Below are positions 1 to 13,301 of a DNA stretch of 64,000 nt, in pieces; within the stretch, counting starts at the first letter, position 1, and each line of letters starts with the position of its first letter. Both the position numbers and the translations under genes were made by a program. The notes beneath the pieces were generated by a model, which saw only the letters and a list, made by a program, of their open reading frames with translations, searched no databases and had not been told where the DNA came from. The DNA lies in contig JAAOMT010000523.1 of NCBI GenBank assembly GCA_016748015.1, positions 1,413,595 through 1,477,594 of the forward strand, given 5' to 3'. The DNA is from Geosiphon pyriformis uo1 (taxonomy: Eukaryota; Fungi; Glomeromycota).

Positions 1-2250
1 TACATAAGATAAAGTACAATGAAGTTGCATTTTTTGCTAACTTAAATCTGGATATTGGTGTGAAAATTGGTGAATTGATTTTTTTCACAATAGTTAAATT
101 ACAGACTGTTTTGAATGCATATACTGCTAAATTAAGATTGGTATTTTCAGATTTCTACAATCAATGTTGAATAGAAAGACATAGTGTGATGAATTTTATT
201 AAAAATAAAAGACTTGACATTGTTACAAGTAATTATTTAAGATGTTGATACAAATAATAAATCTGTAACTTGATGCTTAATAGCTGGTACAATTGGTAAT
301 TTCTGAAGATTTTTGTGATTTGAAGATTTTGGTTAAGTTTTTTGTATAATGAACAAAGATTCAATAATTGTTTTAGTAGTCTCTCAAAATAATTATTCTG
401 TTAAATTTTTTTTTTCAACATGATAGCCAGTTTATTTTGACAGTTGTGTTCTTCTGATAAGCTATTCTTAATTTTTGAGTTCTCTATCCTTATTTCAGGG
501 TCTTTTATTAGGCTATCTTTGATATCAAATTACTCAATGCTTAATTTTTTTAATTAGTTAGTAAACAACAATGAAAAAATAAATAAAATAAATAAAAAAA
601 ATAAAAAATTAGTATTTTGTCAATAGCCATGATTAAGAGCTATTGTTTTAGTATAGTTAAGTATTGGATTCTATTAACATAGAATGTTGATAAAATAGAG
701 ATAATAAATATTTCTTAATTAAATAACAATAACATGAATTTAGGTGATAATTAATATTTTATTGATATGTGATAAGATTTTGTTTTAAGTTGTAAAAAAC
801 TACCTTTTAAAGAAAAAAATAAAATATAATTAATTAAGTATTAATTCTGAATTAAATTTTCGAATGAATTTTTGGATTAATTTTTTTTTTTTGCTTTTAA
901 TACTCTCACTATATATATATATATATTTTTTGTTTTATAAGATCTCATATTTTTTGAGTAATGTATTCTAATTTACTAATATTGCTCATATTGCTAAGCA
1001 GTATGCCTTAATTTATTGACATTGCTCATATTGTTAAGCAGTATATTATAATTTGTTAGCAATGTATTATAGTTTTCTGACATTGTATTCACATATTAAT
1101 TACTATTCTTCTATTGGTCTATTTTCCTATTTGTTTTTTTTTGTATTTTTTATAAGTAATAATATGTTTTGGTTTAAAATCAAGAGCCATTTGTGTATTT
1201 CCAGTAATAAACATGCTGATAAGTTGGCCAATTTAGCTTTATGTTTGATTTTGGTATTTTTTGTTCTTGTTAAGAAAAATTATATTAAGATTAATAGGAT
1301 AAATGTGTCTGGAAATATTTGTCATTTTATTTATGATATTTTTAAGACTGTTCATTAGACTTGTTAGAATGTTAGATTTAAATTTAATATTATTAATATA
1401 AATATGATTGAAAATGTAAATTGAGATTAAACTTCATTAGTTTGGCACTCTAACTTGTATATAGCATCTGGTTTTATAAGTAAATATACTGCTAATCTGT
1501 ATTTGTATTTTATAAAGACTTTGTATCATTATTTGCCAGTTGCTGTTAAAAAATACTTGTATAGTCAAGTCTACTTTAGTGTTTTGTGTCTTTATTACAA
1601 GGAAATAAAACTTTTTAATCACTTATTTACATGTATAATAGATTTTGTTGTTTATAAAAAATTGAATAATTTGTATTTGATTTGATAAGTCTTTATATTG
1701 AAATTAAACTTGTTATTGGCTTGTATTATATAAATGCTTTCCATATGTGCTTTTAATCTTGAAATGTATATAGCTTTATGTAAAATTTTTTAGGAATTAA
1801 TATTTGAAAGCTTTGTCTGTTTTTGGCTGTGCTAAAATTGCTAGCAAGTTGATTATTAATCTGGTGAGAAACTTAAAAGTGGCTTATAGAATAAAAGTAT
1901 AGATGATAAAAGTTAGGTTTAAAATAAATATAGAAAAAAAAGATTTAATTGCAAATAATAGTTCAGTATCTCTTGAAACCTGTAAGTTTTTGTCATTACT
2001 TTCTGATAGTGTTGTTAGATTACTTAATATTAAAAAGACATATAGTGTTAGTTTTGGTTTTTGCAAACTTTGCAGTTTTTTTTTTGGTACTAATTGTACA
2101 GTATCTGTTAAAATAGTTCTATAGTATTGCTCTAATTGGTCCAAGTAATTGGTTATATGTAGAAAGTAGATGATTTGTATCTAGTTTAAATTACTTAGTT
2201 TAATGTATTGTGCTAAATAGCATTTGGGTCTTACTTGTTAAATGATAAAA
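1..2250 (+). mobile_element. Degenerate non-LTR (LINE-like) retrotransposon 3' part: RNase H domain, Cys/His C-terminal region and A-tail, interrupted by an insertion at 221-1161
   Basis: Plus-strand peptides ...FFANLNLDIGVKIGELIFFTIVKLQTV...DFYNQC*IERHSVMNFIKNKRLD (21-220) continue as MFWFKIKSHLCISSNKHADKLANLA (RNase H KxHxGxxGNExAD motif, degraded). Then HYLPVAVKKYLY...LCLY...NHLFTC (degraded CCHC-type motif). Coding ends at 2124, A-run at about 2246-2256, many stops. Confidence 0.8.
221..1161. mobile_element. Probable solo LTR (941 bp) inserted in the LINE RNase H domain
   Basis: Begins TGTTAC and ends GTAATA (GTAACA with one C>T). Flanked by a 4-bp duplication ACAT (217-220) / ATAT (1162-1165). 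Removing it restores the frame RLDMFWFKIKSH. Contains a 40-bp tandem repeat at 981-1060. Confidence 0.7.
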
Positions 2251-3304
2251 AAAAAATATTTTATAAAATTAACAAAAATTTTGTATATATTAATTACTAA
2301 TTTGGCAATATTACTAGTTTACTTTGTAAAAAAATAAAATTCAATTATAATTATTAAATTAAACTAACCAAAATTTTAATAGATTAAACAACTAATTAAT
2401 CAATTAAAGCAAATTATATATTTGAAATAATAATAATAATAGTAATAATAATAAACAATAATATTTTTTTCTATAAGTTTATTTATATTTTAAGGTTATC
2501 TTATATTTATTTTTAAATGATTGAGAAATAATTTGTTATATATATTTTTTAATATTTATGTTTTTGAGTAATAATTTTGGTCAATAGCAATTTTTTTAAT
2601 GATTAAATTTTTATTTCATAGTGTGATAAATAAATATATTCTCATATATACAGTAAAAATTAATTTTTTTTTTAATTATAGTATTTATCTTGAAGAGTTA
2701 GAATAAATTATTATTAAAATTTTTATTCTTTGAAAAAATTTTAAATTTTTTCTCTTTTGAATTTATTGTTTTTATTCTTGCAAAACTTGATTTTTTTTAA
2801 TATAAATCTTATTTATGTAGAGAATTTTTTCTTTTTTCTTTTTTTTTTTTTTTAAATTTCAGAGTATTTTTTTTAGTAATTAAATTAATTCGTTTAATTT
2901 GTTATATCTGGATTAATTTTGAAGAATTCTCAAATTAATATGGTCAAGAGAAAATCACTATCCACTGCGTATAATAGAAAAGATAAAAAGATTTTATAAT
3001 TAGACTGTATCACATATTCACCTTATGAAACCTTACCACAGAATTTCTCTGATCAAGTCTGATGAACTATCATAATAAAATGTCAGGTAATTTAGAACAC
3101 GTAAAATGAAACAAAACATAATTTTAATTGACCATGTCTCCACATAATGGACAGCTATTTTCTTATGTCTAATCATCAAGTCAACCTTAAGATATAATAA
3201 CTCGTATAAAAGCAAAGATTTAATGGAGTAAAAGATTCAATAAATTTGATCGATAAAATAATATTTTTTTATCAATTTTTTCTACAATTGCTTTTCTTTT
3301 AGAA

Positions 3305-4610
3305 ATGGATGTCGAAATGCAAGACGCGTTCAGTATTTTGGTTGATGATTATGATGATGAAATTGTTGATTATGAGGTTTGTACTTGATAAGAAAGTTTG
3401 AAATTTTTTATATTATTCTTATTTCATGTTGACCTCTTACAAATATCAAGGACGATGATGAAGTAATGATTGAAGATAATTTAGAAAAATTTGAAAAAGT
3501 TTCCGATGCTTGTTTCATTAAAGAAACGGATACCGTTAAATGTTTCAATAATGAGTCGAAATCTACTATTCGTGAATATACATTAAGCTTCAGAGATAAG
3601 CAATTAGATGATGCTGAAACCAAGAGGCTGATGGATAATTTTCAAAAGAGGAATTGGGTGAATCAACAGAATATTGGTGATCTAAACCATTTCAATAAAA
3701 ACTTTGGTACCAAAGTTCAAAACTCTTTAAAAGAAACAGGCAAGTTGATGTTTTACTTTGAAGGTTTTTGTATATTCGGTCTTTTGTTCAGTTCAATTTT
3801 AAATGTGACCATTCTAATATAACTTTTAAAACTTAAAGGTATTAAGGAAAAAGATTTGCCAAAAATTTTTTCACCATATACAAGGAATTGAACCAGAATA
3901 ATTTCTTCGGGTCTAGATGGTTTCAAAAAGTCGAATTCTCAATACATTCCCAAAGATAACTGCTCCATTTTTCAACGGTTGGGTTTCATCATGAAGGATG
4001 GGAAAATCCAAAATTTCAATAGTGAAAATCTCCAAATTGATAACAGAACAATCTCCTGGCGGCTTAAAAAGGTTGAGGTTAACGAAAAGAATTCTGCAGA
4101 TGACTTGTCAGCTAGTAATGAAATTTTTTGATTTTTTATAGTTTTGCCTTTTATCAATGGTATAGATAGAATTGCTTAAAATTTATCCTTAATTTAATAG
4201 CTAATAAAACAGAATCTTTGAATGGTACAGCAAAATTGCCTATTATAGAAGCCGAGAAGCCACAGGTTTGGGAACGGCTTTGAATTAGTGCATGTATTTC
4301 TTTAATTCGGGAATATACTAAAAACAGTTTTTCATCTAATGATCAGCTTAGATTCGCTGTCAATTATAAAGATAAAAATCATTCATTTTTCATAAAACAT
4401 GAGATCACTTTAAAAGATTTTGTCGAATACATTCAGGAAAAGTTTCAATCTAAACATATTTTTGCACCTTTTAAATATATATCATTCAACCAACGAATCG
4501 TTTACGTTGAAAAAGAGACTGATTGGTTGATTTGCAAGCGAGTTGCCTTGGCCATGAACAACCTATGTTACACCATGGAGCTCTATATACGGGAATATAT
4601 TTTTTATTAA
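3305..4610 (+). CDS. Multi-exon hypothetical protein with acidic N-terminus and C-terminal PB1-like domain; possible internal stop
   Basis: ATG 3305 MDVEMQDAFSILVDDYDD, with introns. Last exon LRFAVNYKDKNHSFFIKHEITLKDFVEYIQEKF...FKY...IVYVEKETDWLIC...MELYI fits a PB1 pattern. In-frame TGA at 3889-3891 in my model. Confidence 0.55.
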
Positions 4611-5289
4611 ATTTTAAATTATTGAAAAATTTGTTGGATTTTTTTTTTACATAAAATCAAGTTCCACTTTGAATTTTAAAAAAAATCTACGAGATTGATA
4701 GAATAGGAATTTTAAAATAAAAACATTCATAGATTTAGATCTAGTTGAAGAATTTTACAAAATTGGGAAAATTATATTTATCTCAAGTGAATCTTTGATT
4801 TCTGTTTCATCTTTAATCTAAATCTCTCTCAAAGAAAATAAGGATTTCTTTTATTAAAATTTTCAGCATGTAATTTCTAAATACGAAAATGATCTCTGGA
4901 ACTTTATTACTAGTTTTATTATAGATTTAGTACCATATAATTTCTTGAAATATCTTTACTCCATAACAATTTAGGTTAAAAAAGCTTCTTTAATTTGTTT
5001 TCTACTTCAATTATTATATATATATTTTTTATCATATTTAGAAAACTTTACAGAATTCATCTCAAAAAATGATATTTAAAGATTTTTGAGTTCGTTTTTA
5101 GAGAAAAATCAAAAATTTTAATTTTATAATCTGATGAAAAAGCATTTAAAGTGAATTAGGTTGTCTAAATAACATGGAAACAACAATAATTTACCTTAGA
5201 TTCGTTAAACTTGTGTTCTGATTATTGTGGTAAATAAAAAAATCTTGTACTAACAGGAATTTTCAATATTCATTTTATCATGAAACTCT

Positions 5290-6540
5290 TCACTCAGATA
5301 CTTTAAAAAGTACTCTCAACTTTTTATCAGAATGTTTATCGTCCTCTCCAATGGTCATTGCTTTCCGAAACCATCGAAGAGCCATGTGAATATCCCTCGG
5401 CATTCCGAAACCATTAACAAAACATGCGGCAACGTTCGTAAATAAAACTGGTAAATTATCATCTTTAATCAATGCAGAACACCATGTCCAATAATAAGCT
5501 TTATTCAAGTCTTTTCTGGTTCCGATTCCCTTGTAATAAAAATGGCTTAACAAATTCATTCCAATTCTATTTCCAGCATTGGCTGATCTCGTACAATAAT
5601 CAAATGCCAATTGAATATTAAGGGGGACAAATATTCCTTCCTTGTAACATTTTGACAATCGTGCCATAGCAAGAGGGTTCCCGTTTTCAGCAGATTTCTC
5701 ATACCATTTCAATGCCTCTTGTTCATTTCTCGTTACGTATCTGCCCCAGAAGAAGAATTCCCCATATTGAGCTTGGGCTTCGGGTTCATCGTTTTCAGCA
5801 GCTAGTTTATACCATTTAAAAGATTCTTTGTCATCTTTGATGCCGGTGTATCCTTTTTGATACCAATCTCCTAAAAGTCGTTGTGCTCTTGAAAAATTTT
5901 GACTTGCTGATTTCTCAAACCAGTAATGAGCCAATTTATGGTTCATTATTGTTCCTGTACCGTTTAAATACATTTCAGCCAGTTTACATTGTGCTGCAGC
6001 ATTACCCTTTAGGGCCATTCTTTCATAAATTTCATGAGCTTTTTCAGAATCTTGGTCAATTCCAATTCCATTATCATAACAGATTGCTAATTGTTCATAC
6101 GCTAAAGGATCATATACATGATTCTCCAAGGCAAATCTGAACCAATAAAAGGCTTTTTGTTCGGATACTTTTGTTCCAAAGCCAACTTTGTGCAATATTC
6201 CAAGGATAAATGAATACTTTGGTAAATGTTGTAGGTTATCTACTATTTGAAAGAATTCATTTTCTGAAATATTTTCAGTTGAAATGTATTTTTTCAAGAA
6301 GTCAACGATAACGTTTAGGTCTTTAGATTCATTTTTTGGACAAGCAAAAAAGGACGATAATAAATTTAATTTTTTTTCAATTCGTGAAGAGGATGATGAG
6401 GAAGGAAAGAAGTTTGAGTTTGAGTTGGAAGTGGTAATGATGATGGGATTTCTCTCTCCATTTTTCTTTATGCGAAAAATTTTTGATTTTAGATAGGCGA
6501 ATGGTATTTTTAATCGTTTAAAACGTCTTAAATGGTTCAT
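5290..6540 (-). CDS. Sel1-like repeat (SLR) protein, intronless, 416 aa
   Basis: About 7-8 Sel1 repeats (AQCKLAEMYLNGTG...AHYWFEKSA, AQRLLGDWYQKG...SFKWYKLAA). Confidence 0.92.
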   Translation of the reverse strand: MNHLRRFKRLKIPFAYLKSKIFRIKKNGERNPIIITTSNSNSNFFPSSSSSSRIEKKLNLLSSFFACPKNESKDLNVIVDFLKKYISTENISENEFFQIVDNLQHLPKYSFILGILHKVGFGTKVSEQKAFYWFRFALENHVYDPLAYEQLAICYDNGIGIDQDSEKAHEIYERMALKGNAAAQCKLAEMYLNGTGTIMNHKLAHYWFEKSASQNFSRAQRLLGDWYQKGYTGIKDDKESFKWYKLAAENDEPEAQAQYGEFFFWGRYVTRNEQEALKWYEKSAENGNPLAMARLSKCYKEGIFVPLNIQLAFDYCTRSANAGNRIGMNLLSHFYYKGIGTRKDLNKAYYWTWCSALIKDDNLPVLFTNVAACFVNGFGMPRDIHMALRWFRKAMTIGEDDKHSDKKLRVLFKVSE

Positions 6541-6545
6541 GATCG

Positions 6546-6581
<36 letters not shown>

Positions 6582-6618
6582 TTGTTGTTATTGTTGTTGT
6601 TGTTATTGTTGTTGTTGT
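6546..6618. repeat. (TTA)n/(TTG)n microsatellite immediately upstream of the Sel1 gene ATG
   Basis: Direct reading of the sequence. Confidence 0.85.
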
Positions 6619-9600
6619 GATTAAAAGTTAGGCAAAAGAGAAATCAACTCTAAATTCGAGGGGTAATATTGAAAAATATTAAAAATAGATAATTGAGATT
6701 TTGTCTAACATTCTTTTTTTTCTTCTATAAAGAAAATTCCAAAATCCGGAATTTCGGAGGATAATAAAAAAGTAAAATTGAATTTCTTTCATGCAAACAA
6801 TTTTTTTTGTGTTTAAACAAATAATATATATTATAATTTATTCATTTTAAAACGTTTATTATTATTATTATTATTATTTTAAAAAAAAAACTTTTACAAG
6901 ATAATTTTGTATTTTTCTTTTCTCTTTTTTTTTTGTAACCCATTGCCATCTATCTGAATTCTTTTGAATTGATTGCACATTTTTTCTCTTAACATGTTAA
7001 TGAATTTTTCTCATAAAACAAAATAAAAATAGTAAATATTATTGAAATTGGGATTTAATATCATAATTAGAAATACTTTTTTTTTCCATTATTAGATAAA
7101 TTTTTAGCTGAGGAATAACCCAAGTATCATATAATCTTGATCATTATTACCAATCGGCAAAGATAATAGGATATTTCGTCAAGATTTTTTAGCATGACTC
7201 AAAAAATTCTTTCCTCTTGTTTTAACAAACACAAGATTCACTTGGAGTTTATTTGAAAAAAAGTTTTTAAAATTATAAACCGCAGGAAAAAGTACAAGAA
7301 ATCAATTAATCAGAAAGAATAAAAATGTTAAAAATCAAATACGTAAAAAATGAACTACACAAAATAAATTGAAACACTAAAAAAAATTTCAAATTATTTT
7401 TTATTTAATAATTGTACACCAAAAAAAAAGATTTATTTTAATTATTTAGATTTCAAAGTAAATTATTTTAATTTATTTTGCGTTACCTTTCTTTTGAAAA
7501 AGGTATAAATGCCAATTGTTTCTCAATCCATTTTGTATAAGGAGTATCACCATCATATTACAACTTTGGCTTCAGAATGAGCTGATCATACATTTAACTA
7601 GTACATGTGTAATAAATTTATAAAATTCTAAATTCCTCGTATTCATTTAATATATAAAAAGGGATATTTGAAAAGACAAGTTGCTGCGTGTAAACGTAAT
7701 TTTGTGTTAGAAGAAATGATAGTTTACTTTTGAATAAAAATGAGTTATGAAAAAAACTTGGACAGTATATGGAATAATATTGAAATTGATTTCATTTTTT
7801 CTCTCAATGTAAATTTTTTAATTCCTTGTTTTGGGTAAACTAAGAGGAACCCAATATTTATGCCCTTTACTATATATCTAGTTGAAACAATGAAAGATAT
7901 ATTCAATCAATCGCTCGGCCTTCATTTAAATTTAAAGCAAAAATACAATTCACAATTTAATTCAGAGAAAATTTCGGACATGTAGTTAATAGTAAATTTG
8001 TTGTCAACAAAAAAAAATTATATTAGATTGCTTTAGTCGATCCAAGATATGCTTTATTGAATGCCGAACTGAGATTTTAGAGTGACCTATGAAAAGTAAT
8101 ATGAGCTCTTGGATTTATTTATTGAAAATGAGAACTAAGAAGTCAGAAATTCAAGTCTTAAAAGGAATTCGAAGCTATTAATATACATAAAATTTTTATC
8201 GATGAACAATAATTTTTTTATTTAATATGTTAATCTGGGAAACTTGAGATATTAAAAGCTACAACTTATTATTTTGTAAATGTACTTTAAAAAATAAAAA
8301 ATTAATGTATCGGATAATAACCAAAAAGAGTTCTTTCAAATGGTAAATTTATTCAAAAAATTTTAAAGAATAAATTCGAACCATTTTGTGCCATATTAAA
8401 AAATAAAATAAAATAAAATAAAATAAAAAAGTGAATCATATTATGAAAAGAATAAACTTAACTAAAATTATCCATCATAATAATAGCAATAAGTTTTTAA
8501 TCTTATCACAAATACAGAATGTTATTTTATTTATTTATTTATTTAATAAAAAGAACAAAAAACTTGGTTGAGCTATTACATAATTATTTTTAGTTTAATA
8601 ATTTAGATAATATGAATAATTTTAAAAAATTCTTTGCCACCAAAAAAATTAATTGAATGATGAACTTTTATGAGATCATTGTTCAAATGTAAATAAATGT
8701 TTCATTTAAACTACTCTTATTCACCCCTCCATCTAAGACTAAACTTTTTATATTTTAAAATGTGAATTGTTAATATTTTTATTCTACAATATAGTTTCTA
8801 TAATTAAATATTTAATTTTATAAATTAATTATAATATATATATATATTAGCTTTTTACTTTATTCTCAACATATGATACAATATTATTTGGTTATTATAA
8901 TATAATTTTCATTATTAAAGATTATTAAAATATGGGAAAATTTTTTCGAATTTAGTTTTTTCGTTAGAATCTAAACTTAGACTCTTACACTATCTTTAAA
9001 CTTCAAACAAGCTTAAGTTTAGTATATGAACTAAGAAAATCTGTTACAACTATCGCAAAAGTGTTATTCAAATATCCCTTAAACAAAAATACACACACAA
9101 AATTAACTTTAAAAGCCTCTTATTTTACATATATAGGAAAAATGATGAATCAAACAAACAAACAAACAAACAAACAATTGAACATATTTGCGGATTTTAA
9201 TTGTTTTCGGTTAGATTGAAACTTTTGGGCGCTATTGTTCCCAATTTCACAATCATTTTTTTTTGGGAATTGTATGAGTAATGATGATAATAGTGAAAAC
9301 TTTGAGAATTTTAAATTAAAATAATAAAGTTCTTTGTAACAATACATAATCCCTTTATATCCTGATATGTATTATAAAATATTCATGTCTTCATATTGGC
9401 CTGACTAATTATAGGATTAGAAGATTTTGAAAATTTTGATATTGTAAATTTTTAAATAAATTTAATTAATTATTTTGCAAATTAGCTTTTTGTTATCAAT
9501 AACAAAAAAAGCAAAATCAAAAAATTTAATATAAAGGACAACAATTGAAATTTTTTTTTTGTCATTTAGAGATATTATCCATCTATTTAGATGTCATCAT

Positions 9601-10247
9601 TTAACATCATCCATAAATAATAATAAATTTTGAGAACATTTTCGAACCATCTTTTTTTCTTTTTATTTTATTTTATTTTATTTTGTTTTGTTTTGTTTCG
9701 TTTCAAACAGAAGTAATTTTTTCGGATTATCTCAATTTAGTGGTTTTTTAAGACTCATATTACATGTATATGTTTGGTGTATGTGACTCATTCACGCAAT
9801 TCAAAAAAGTTTTTTGTAATAATATCATTTGAAATGTTTCATAATTTAATCTGGTAAACATCCATCATCGGAAATTTTATTGACAAAAGAAGAGGAATTA
9901 GAAAGTCACACAGCCAGTTAAAACTCTTATCCAAACTAATCTGTCACAAAACTCGAAGGTTTTATCATGTTCATAAATTGGATATCATAAGATTTTAAAA
10001 CTGTGAAAAATAACCGTTCATGAGAAAATTTTAAAAATTTGGCAATTTGCCATCTTTCTGAACAATAAATTTAGTTTGCTCTGATTATTAATCTTATTAT
10101 ATCTTCTTGATTAATTCAAGACAAGGGTAAAATTTTAGTTTATTTCTTTGTGACATTTAAATTCTCTCTTTTAAGAAATATAAACCGTTCCAAATTAAAA
10201 AAGATTCTACTAACATTTTGTTATTATTACAGATAGTCTTTGTGAAT

Positions 10248-11589
10248 ATGTCTAGCGAAAAAAATACTACAATCTCTGAAGTTGTTTATGAAGAACAACC
10301 ACCAAATTTAAATTTAAAGAATCAACAAGATGAATCCGTCCCTAATTCTGAGGGTACCGATGTAACCTTTAAAGAAACAGACACAGTTCTTAAAGAACCA
10401 AAAATCACCCCAGAATTAGAACAGACCTCTAAAAACGAAGACAAGGTTACCAGATCTTTAAAAGAGATAAATTCAATGGAATTAACTGTTTCAGAAGAAA
10501 ATAACACGACTTTCACCGAAGAAAATGAGTCCACTAATCCACTTTACGCCGCTTTTACGGACCGAGAAAAAGAGGCTGTATCTGAACTTAAGAAAAAGTT
10601 GCCAACAATTTTAAATAATGCTCAGGCGCCTCATAATTATTCGTTATGGGAAGTTGAGTTGGACGCTAATTCAAAAGATAAACGGCTTGAAGTTATTTTG
10701 ATCAAGTTTTTGAGGGCTAGGTGAGTGATTTGGTTAAAGGAGAAATAAGAAATTTGGAATTTATGATTTGGAAATTTTATTTATAAAAAGTTTTTCATTT
10801 AATCCACTTTACCGTGAAAAATTTAATATTATTAATTGAAAATTCCTTCGCTTCTTTTTCTAATACAACTTAGAAACTTAAATATTGCTCAAGCTGAAGA
10901 GATGCTAACTAAAATGATCAAATGGAGAATTTCAAACAATATCGATCAAATTCTTGACGAGACCTTTGACCAATCAATTTTTTCGCCTAAACTTGGATTA
11001 ATTCATGGACATGACTTGCATGGCCATCCAGTTACCTACAATTCATATGGTGGTCTAGATAATGAGAAAGTGTTTGGGGATATTAATAGATTCATGAGGT
11101 GGCGTATTCAATTGATGGAACGTGGAATTCAAGAATTGGATTTTGTCAATGTCGACCAAATGTTACAAGTACATGACTATCATGGAGTCTCATTGGCATC
11201 ACGGGATAATTTTTCCAAGGTGGCGAGTAAGACGGCGACTCAGACCCTTCAGGATAATTATCCTGAATTTTTGGTGAGTCATTTTAAACCAAAAAGGATC
11301 AATCAGAATATTTGGTCAAAATTTTTTGACTTTTTCACCTCAAATTTAATTTGATATTCCCCTTTTTTTTTTCAAATAGACTAAGAAATTTTTCATCAAT
11401 GTTCCCTGGTGGGGTGGTGCTATATACCAGTTTATCTCTGTCTTCCTCCCCGCTAAAATGAAAAAGAAATTTATTGTCACCTCAGCCGGAAATGTTAAGA
11501 AAATTTTGACGCAATATATCGCTGAAGAAAATTTACCTACTCGCTATGGTGGCCAAAGTGCTGTGGAAGGACTGGAGCTTCCGAAATAG
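10248..11589 (+). CDS. SFH5: Sec14/CRAL-TRIO family phosphatidylinositol transfer protein, SFH5-like (exons 10248-10720, 10874-11273, 11380-11589)
   Basis: ILIKFLRAR|NLN...MIKWR, PVTYNSYG, FMRWRIQLME, QVHDYHGVS, LQDNYPEFL|TKKFFINVPWW, LPTRYGG; canonical GT-AG introns splice in frame. Confidence 0.85.
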
Positions 11590-11910
11590 AAGAGGAAGGT
11601 TTATATGAGACAAACTGGTAACCTTGAATTACAATTTCGTAATTCAAATTCGTGTCTTCCTAAATTCTCACGTCAAAATTATAATCCTATTCAGTCGTAA
11701 GATAGAGGCAGTTTGGGAAGCAGAAATTCCTCAAACTTATTAGAATTCACTCTTAAGAGGATCAAGTTAGGTATAATTTGGATTCTTGATATAATAATGT
11801 TGAAAAAGGTCACTGGTTCGAAACGTCAAAATAGACTTGATATGATTATAATATCTACACTCATAAATCAGGTGATTCTTATGAAATTGATAATAAATTA
11901 GTTTTAATAT

Positions 11911-11943
<33 letters not shown>

Positions 11944-12597
11944 GTAATAATAATAACAAAAATAATAATATTCAATGTCCTTGAAGAAATCCCATTACGT
12001 ATTATTAGTTTTTATATTTGGAACTTGACCAGATCAAATATTTTTGTAAAAACCCCTAAATTTTATATTTTAGTTGAATTAATGATATCTTTATCGTTTT
12101 ATTTGGCTTTAGTGTACGATAACAAGAAAATGAAAAAAAGAAATTATGCAGGATTTTTTTTTCTTTATCATAATAATTTGATATGATTTATTTAAAAATG
12201 CAAGTAGCAACTTTTCTTCACTGTTTTTGGATCTCTATTTTAATGTATGATTCTATTAATTGTAACTTTTACTTGTAATTTGAATTCTTATATTAATTGT
12301 CAGATTAATTGTAACTTAAATTGCTAACTTTAATTCTTACATTAATTGTAACTTTATTTGTACGATTAATTGTCATATTAATTATAATTGTAATTTTTTA
12401 TTAAATTTAGAGTTAAGTATGGGATAAAAATTGACAAAATAAAAATAAAAAATTTCGAAGCAAAAAATAAAAATAATAGTAATAATAATAAATTATATTC
12501 AAAGAAATTTTTTTTTAAAATCTATAATTTTATCATCAAAGCTAAATATGAGTTGTTTTTTTGATTATTAAATTCAAAAAAATACTTAACTCATACA

Positions 12598-12634
<37 letters not shown>

Positions 12635-12781
12635 TAACATAAAAAAGTGAGAAATAATAATAAATATTATATTGTTATAATATAATATAATATAATTTAA
12701 ATAAAATAAAATAAAATAATATTTTGCAATTTATGATAAAATCAAAAAATAGAACTAATAATCAGTTTAATTATTTAATTA

Positions 12782-12786
12782 ATATT

Positions 12787-12850
<64 letters not shown>

Positions 12851-12873
12851 GTAATAATAATAATAGTAATAAT
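12782..12873. repeat. (AAT)n microsatellite; further AAT tracts at about 11912-11970, 13215-13345, 40784-40856 and 52806-52860
   Basis: Direct reading of the sequence. Confidence 0.9.
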
Positions 12874-13156
12874 GTATAAGTGGCTGATCACGCATAAGAA
12901 AAAACATGAACTGCATTTAATACATGTTGGATGTAATTAAATAGCAGTTGGGATCACATCATATGTTTAAGCAATTAAAAACAAATAAATAAATAAAATA
13001 ATGTATAACAAAAAAGTATCAGGATCTTATAATTAGTATAAATGAATATACGTGTTTTGTATTTTTAATAAGTACAAGTGTAATTAATAAAATTAAAATG
13101 TTTGCGTTGTAAAAATATATTTATTTTTAATAATAAGATTAAGATTTTAAAAGTAC

Positions 13157-13192
<36 letters not shown>

Positions 13193-13231
13193 AAATCGTT
13201 GAAATTTAAAATATAATACTAATACTAATAC

Positions 13232-13301
<70 letters not shown>

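Noticed and set aside
3889-3891. Selenocysteine codon
   Set aside because: No redox-motif context and no SECIS recognised; nonsense mutation or mis-splicing is more likely.
5883-6496. Antisense ORFs within Sel1 and other genes (also 28794, 39495, 44802, 52077) and the alternative-frame ORF at 60441
   Set aside because: Shadow frames of well-supported genes, with no motifs.
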